A stretch of DNA of 54,663 bases, the filler included, from Catajapyx aquilonaris (lineage: Eukaryota): assembly GCA_000934665.2 (NCBI GenBank). It is 2 parts of 2 records of this genome, joined end to end, with 100 filler letters (N's around TTAATTAATTAA, not from the genome) between each part and the next. Parts side by side here need not be neighbours in the genome. Positions count along the whole stretch, not along the records: positions 27,387 to 54,663 come from JYFJ02005080.1; 1 more part is not named here. One strand, given 5' to 3'. The notes under the pieces were generated by a model. The model was given only the letters and a program-made list of their open reading frames with translations, did no database searches and had not been told where the DNA came from. The translations under genes and the position numbers were made by a program. The stretch's first letter is position 1. Each line of letters opens with the position of its first letter. Of this stretch, positions 50,596-54,663 are shown piece after piece.

Positions 50596-52379
50596 ATAAT
50601 ACATATCCCTCCTTGCCCTATAACACCCCCCCCCCTCAAAAATCAAGATGTAATATAATATTATCTCTGCTGGTTAATTTAGATTATGTTTATTACTTTT
50701 CTCATTACATTGATCTGATTATAAGTTATGCATACATAATAAGTGCTGGAAGGAACATCACTTTGTCATCAACTAATGTAAAGTCTGTTGCAATTAGATT
50801 GCAGGTGGTGATGAGTCTTTCGTTCGTCTCTCCTTCGCATGGCGTAGCCACCCTGTCATTGCTACTTCAATGTCTTTGTCACGTTCCTCCTAATTCTAGT
50901 TCCATGCATCTTGACTGCATCTGAAAATTTCACTCAATACTCCCTATTTCATGGGGGTGAGTAGGACTACCTCGGGCGGTTAAACTAACACAGCTTTACT
51001 TGTACATGGAAGGTCTTCGCCATCCTATGCGCTGATAGGACCATAACCCTGCGGGGAAAATGAGTCCATGGGTCGCGTTGAACTACGGCAAGGTCCTAGG
51101 TCCTTCCTTATCAACGGCTTCATACTCCGGATCGTGTAGGAGCCGTAGGGAAAACGGGGCACTAAGTCCATGATTATGCCAACAGTCTCCTCTTCTTCGT
51201 TCGTCCGTCTGGGGTTAAACCGGGAACAGGGTCTAGGACTAGGATGGGTCCCGGACATGAACAGGATGACAGGGTTAAAATAGCGATCGATGGGTGTGAC
51301 CTCCGTCTGGGGATAAGGGAAAATGACGTGCCCAGGGGGGTTTGAGGCAATGTCAAACAGGAAAAATGGGGTGGGACCCAAAGCCAGGTCACCAACCCCG
51401 AGGACAAGGGTGGCGGGGCCCTCCCCGAGTGAGGGAGAGTTCCAAGTGCGGTCAATTCAATGAGGCACATCCATCCGAGTCGGGTGTGTGTGGACACTGG
51501 CCATGTCCTGTTGGTGTTGATGCTCATCGTTCTGGTTCACGGAATCTTGGTTTTCGTCGTCTGACAGGTCCAGGTCACTGTCATCAAGGTATTGCAGGAT
51601 AGCATCATGATCAGCATAGCGTGCTGAAATACGAGTTGCCGGATTACGAAGTGCTCCCATGGAGTAGTAAGCTGCTAACTCCATAAACAGGTGCTCCTGT
51701 CATCAACCTAAATGTGATTAGCCCAGGTTTATAGTAGTCAGGAAAAGATGGAGGGATAGGTCCATCGGGCAAAGCGTGAAATGGAGTGAGAAAAGGAAGG
51801 TCATTATGCCATCGTGCAATCGGCCCAGTGGGACTCCTTCAGATTTTTTGGACTCTCCGTGGCGGTTGAGGCAGAGAGTTGGAAGGCAGGAAATGCTGGG
51901 GACGAGGAAATCGGTTGTGTTAGCTGCATTTCCCTTTCCATTTGTTCCCGCAGTTCAATGATCGGGAGTAGTTCCTCCATAGTGGTAGCCCATGCGGTTT
52001 GTGCCTGCTCCCTCCCTTTTCCCCCCAGGGCCGCCTCCGCGTTTCTTTCTTCGATCCTAGGAGGCGAAGCCCTTGTCACCAACCTCGGGTCAACTAGCGG
52101 CCACTTGTTCTCAGGTGGCGGCCAACTGATTTCCGGTGAGAGCTGCGCCTGGGCGTTGGCAATTTCCGCATAAAGTTCATGCGGATTCAAAGTGGTTGGA
52201 AGTTCCAGTTTTTTTGGTGTAGTCCACTGGACACTTGGTGGTGCAACAGGGGTGGCGAAGACCTTGGTGCTTGCCGACATAATTTCACCCACCAAGTCGC
52301 AGCTTCGCAGGGTCATCTTTTGTGTGGTCCTGATGTCTGGATCACAAGAACTGGCGCAAATGATGCAAATGATTCCTTG

Positions 52380-52744
52380 TGCCAACCTTTAGGTACGTCT
52401 ATCTTCTTCGCAACGGCGAAGTCATAGGCCAGTTTCATCACATTTTTTCTACTGAGGCCGTAGTGCAATCTTGATGCGGTGATGTAATACTCTGCAATAG
52501 CTGCTTCCTCTTCCTCCGTAAACACTTGTCCAGTGCGGAAATTCGGCGTAAAAGATATGGTCTTATCTGGCGAAGCTGCCCTCAACTTGTGAATGTAACG
52601 TGACAGGGTCTGTTTGTCAATACCAAATTTCAGTGCTGTAGGGCTTAGCTTCTTTTGCTGCTCTACGACTTCTCGTACTGCTTTCTCCATAACAGTAGCA
52701 GGAACGGGGTGGCGGTCACTTTTGGGCTTCCAATTTCGAGGCAT
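52380..52744 (-). mobile_element. pogo/Tigger-family transposase N-terminus (HTH_psq + CENP-B-type HTH), truncated
   Basis: MPRNWKPK..MEKAV.EV...A.KFGI.K.TL.R, VFTEEEE..IAEY...SRLHYGLS...VMKLAYDFA....P..W. Confidence 0.85.
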
Positions 52745-53225
52745 GTCAGCAAATCGTCCTACACACAAGAACAGACCTACGTAAGTAAATTTTGTCCAAA
52801 AGTATGTTAAGACACTTTTTATCACCCTACTCTTATGCTGAGATATGCAGTACTGAGTATAACTTACTGGTTATGCCAATTTGTTATGTTAATTTATCAT
52901 TACATGCACCAAAATTATTATATGCATTCCATGGGGAGGCTTATTGAGACACGTCTCAAGCCTCCGCATATGCCCTGTCTCAATGCTCCCCATCGTGCAT
53001 AATCGGTGCTGTCCAATAATGTTGGCACATGGCGTCTGCCTATGTAGTCCTGCTGATAGGTAACACATTCATTATATCGAGGAGGAAAAATGGCTCATAT
53101 CCCTTCAGATATTTTTCGTCCAGAAAACACGAAAGGGATAGGAAAGGGATAGGGAACAGCATTGTGGGTGGGATAGGTAAGATGGATAGCATAGTACAAA
53201 ACGTATGATACAAAAAGTAAAACTG

Positions 53226-53560
53226 TCACAACAGTATAGGCCAGAATTGTGTATTTGAACTTTTTGTTATGGGAATGGCATCTGTATTTATCTTTAAAGA
53301 AAATTTAGTTTTGTGCTGGTCAATTGCTCCCCTTTTGATGGCACGAATAATTCCATATGTGATGCCCAAATGAAAGAATTTTCCACCATCAACGACCCTG
53401 ACTTTTGCATCAGAAATTACTGAATTAGGACAACACATCAGTGTTCGTGGATCTTTGGGCAAATCATTAGCGTGGCCATGTATTCTCAATACTCTCAGTA
53501 AATCTCTCTGAAAAGTCGCTGTAACTTCATGCTTCACAAGTCACTGCTGAAGATCAGTTG
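53226..53560 (-). mobile_element. EnSpm/CACTA transposase fragment
   Basis: LL.VLR.HG..LPKDPRTLM, GGKFFHLGI, LKINTDAIPITKSSNTQFWPIL. Confidence 0.85.
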
Positions 53561-53604
53561 CAAGTGTCACAAGTAAGGTCAAGGGTCATTGACCTCCGAC
53601 CACT

Positions 53605-54162
53605 TGTATAGTTCTTTTTGGTCTCCCGGGTTACACCTTGGAATAAATCGGCGGCTGGGTCTTTTCCATTGTTTATTGACATCAGCTAATAATCTATTGT
53701 CCCAGAATCATTAGGCAACCCGAGTATCAGTTCTGACCTTTGCAACCAGGGTCATCTCCGCGGGTAAGTCAAACCGGGAGGCCGTGCTACCACGCAGGGG
53801 GTCTGCTCCTCCCTCTACAGAAATGGCTGCCCGGGGCTGGGCGAATAAGAGTTGGTTTGGGACTCCTCTGGACCCTCCTTTCTTCTAGACAACTCCCTCA
53901 GGAACGGGCCCCGAGTAGGTTGGGTGGAGCCTTTATATAGCTGACTCCGACCTTGTTGTGACAGAACTGATACCAGGGTGCTATCACCTTACGCGAGTCA
54001 TACTCCTCCTGTGACCAAATATGGTTCCCCCGCCTTCTTGGCGCCAGGCTAAATCGGCTTGTTTACTTATTCCTCTGCCAAATGGCTAAAACTGGGAAGC
54101 TTTTTCCCTAATAATTTACCATTAGTGTCACTATATTTCGGTGACAGGTTATAAGGGTGACA
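53605..54162 (-). mobile_element. Probable 3' LTR of an LTR retrotransposon; internal region continues to the window end
   Basis: On -: purine tract AAGGGGAAG just before TGTCACC (54162), then TATATAAAG (about 53939), AATAAA (about 53677), ending TATACA (53605). Confidence 0.6.
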
Positions 54163-54663
54163 AACGCTTCCCCTTGAATTAAAGCTGGGCGCAACCCGGC
54201 TTTAATGTCATACGGACAGTATGACTCACGCAGTATACAGTAACTGGATAAACCCTTTTTCTACTCACATTATTAACGACTCCGTCAAAACAATTTTCTA
54301 TGGCTAATCTGTACTATACAGCTCGGCTGCGGGGGTTTAGAGGGGAAGGGACACCACCTGGATGTCCTGCCTCTAGTCTTCTGGCAGGAGGACGACCACC
54401 TGGTTATCTGGCCGGCGAATGTTGAAGGTGATTACCTCCTGAGGGCATCTCACCGCATCCACTCGCTCCCTTAGATAAAAGGAATTGCAGGTGTAATTAG
54501 CCAAAGAGGCCTTACCACCTGTGGGCAACAAACCAACAATGTCCGGCTCCCAGATCCATAGAGTCAGGGGCCGGGGCATACGAAACGTTCCAAGTCAATA
54601 TTGTCCCAAGGAAGAACCGGAGCCGAAGCCCCAGGCCCCCGGAACCAGCATTAGCCCAAGCCC

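Noticed and set aside
51025..52320. GC-rich ORFs (51025-51381, 51457-51684, 51804-52385)
   Set aside because: Probably TE-derived (acidic piggyBac-like N-terminus, gag-like low complexity), but no diagnostic motif supports a call.

Overview
Eukaryotic, AT-rich DNA with short GT-AG introns, most likely arthropod (inferred from the gene and repeat families). An artificial 100-nt spacer (44 N + TTAATTAATTAA + 44 N, 27287-27386) splits the window into two halves that may not be neighbours in the genome. Left half (1-27286): a tandem array of ELOVL1/7-type fatty-acid elongase genes on the + strand. Five copies can be spliced into complete ORFs, one of them with a suspect donor site. There is also a dead sixth copy and a 'ghost' unit that keeps its flanks but has lost the gene body, plus patchwork gene conversion and small TE insertions. 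The sixth copy is cut by a SWIM+YqaJ exonuclease gene (ISL2EU-like), which is itself cut by a ~167-bp tandem repeat that folds back on itself. Right half (27387-54663): a dense mosaic of truncated mobile-element, viral and host-gene fragments. These include LINEs, an RNF14-like RWD domain, a baculovirus-F-like envelope gene, a DEDDh exonuclease, hAT, gag/LTR, a SINE, an intron-containing protein-primed PolB, Kolobok-like, pogo and EnSpm transposases, and two SPOP-like MATH(-BTB) genes with hydrophobic N-termini. About 15 of 17 orientable fragments lie on the - strand, the pattern expected of a uni-strand (flamenco-like) piRNA cluster. All family assignments come from motif recognition by eye; no searches were run.
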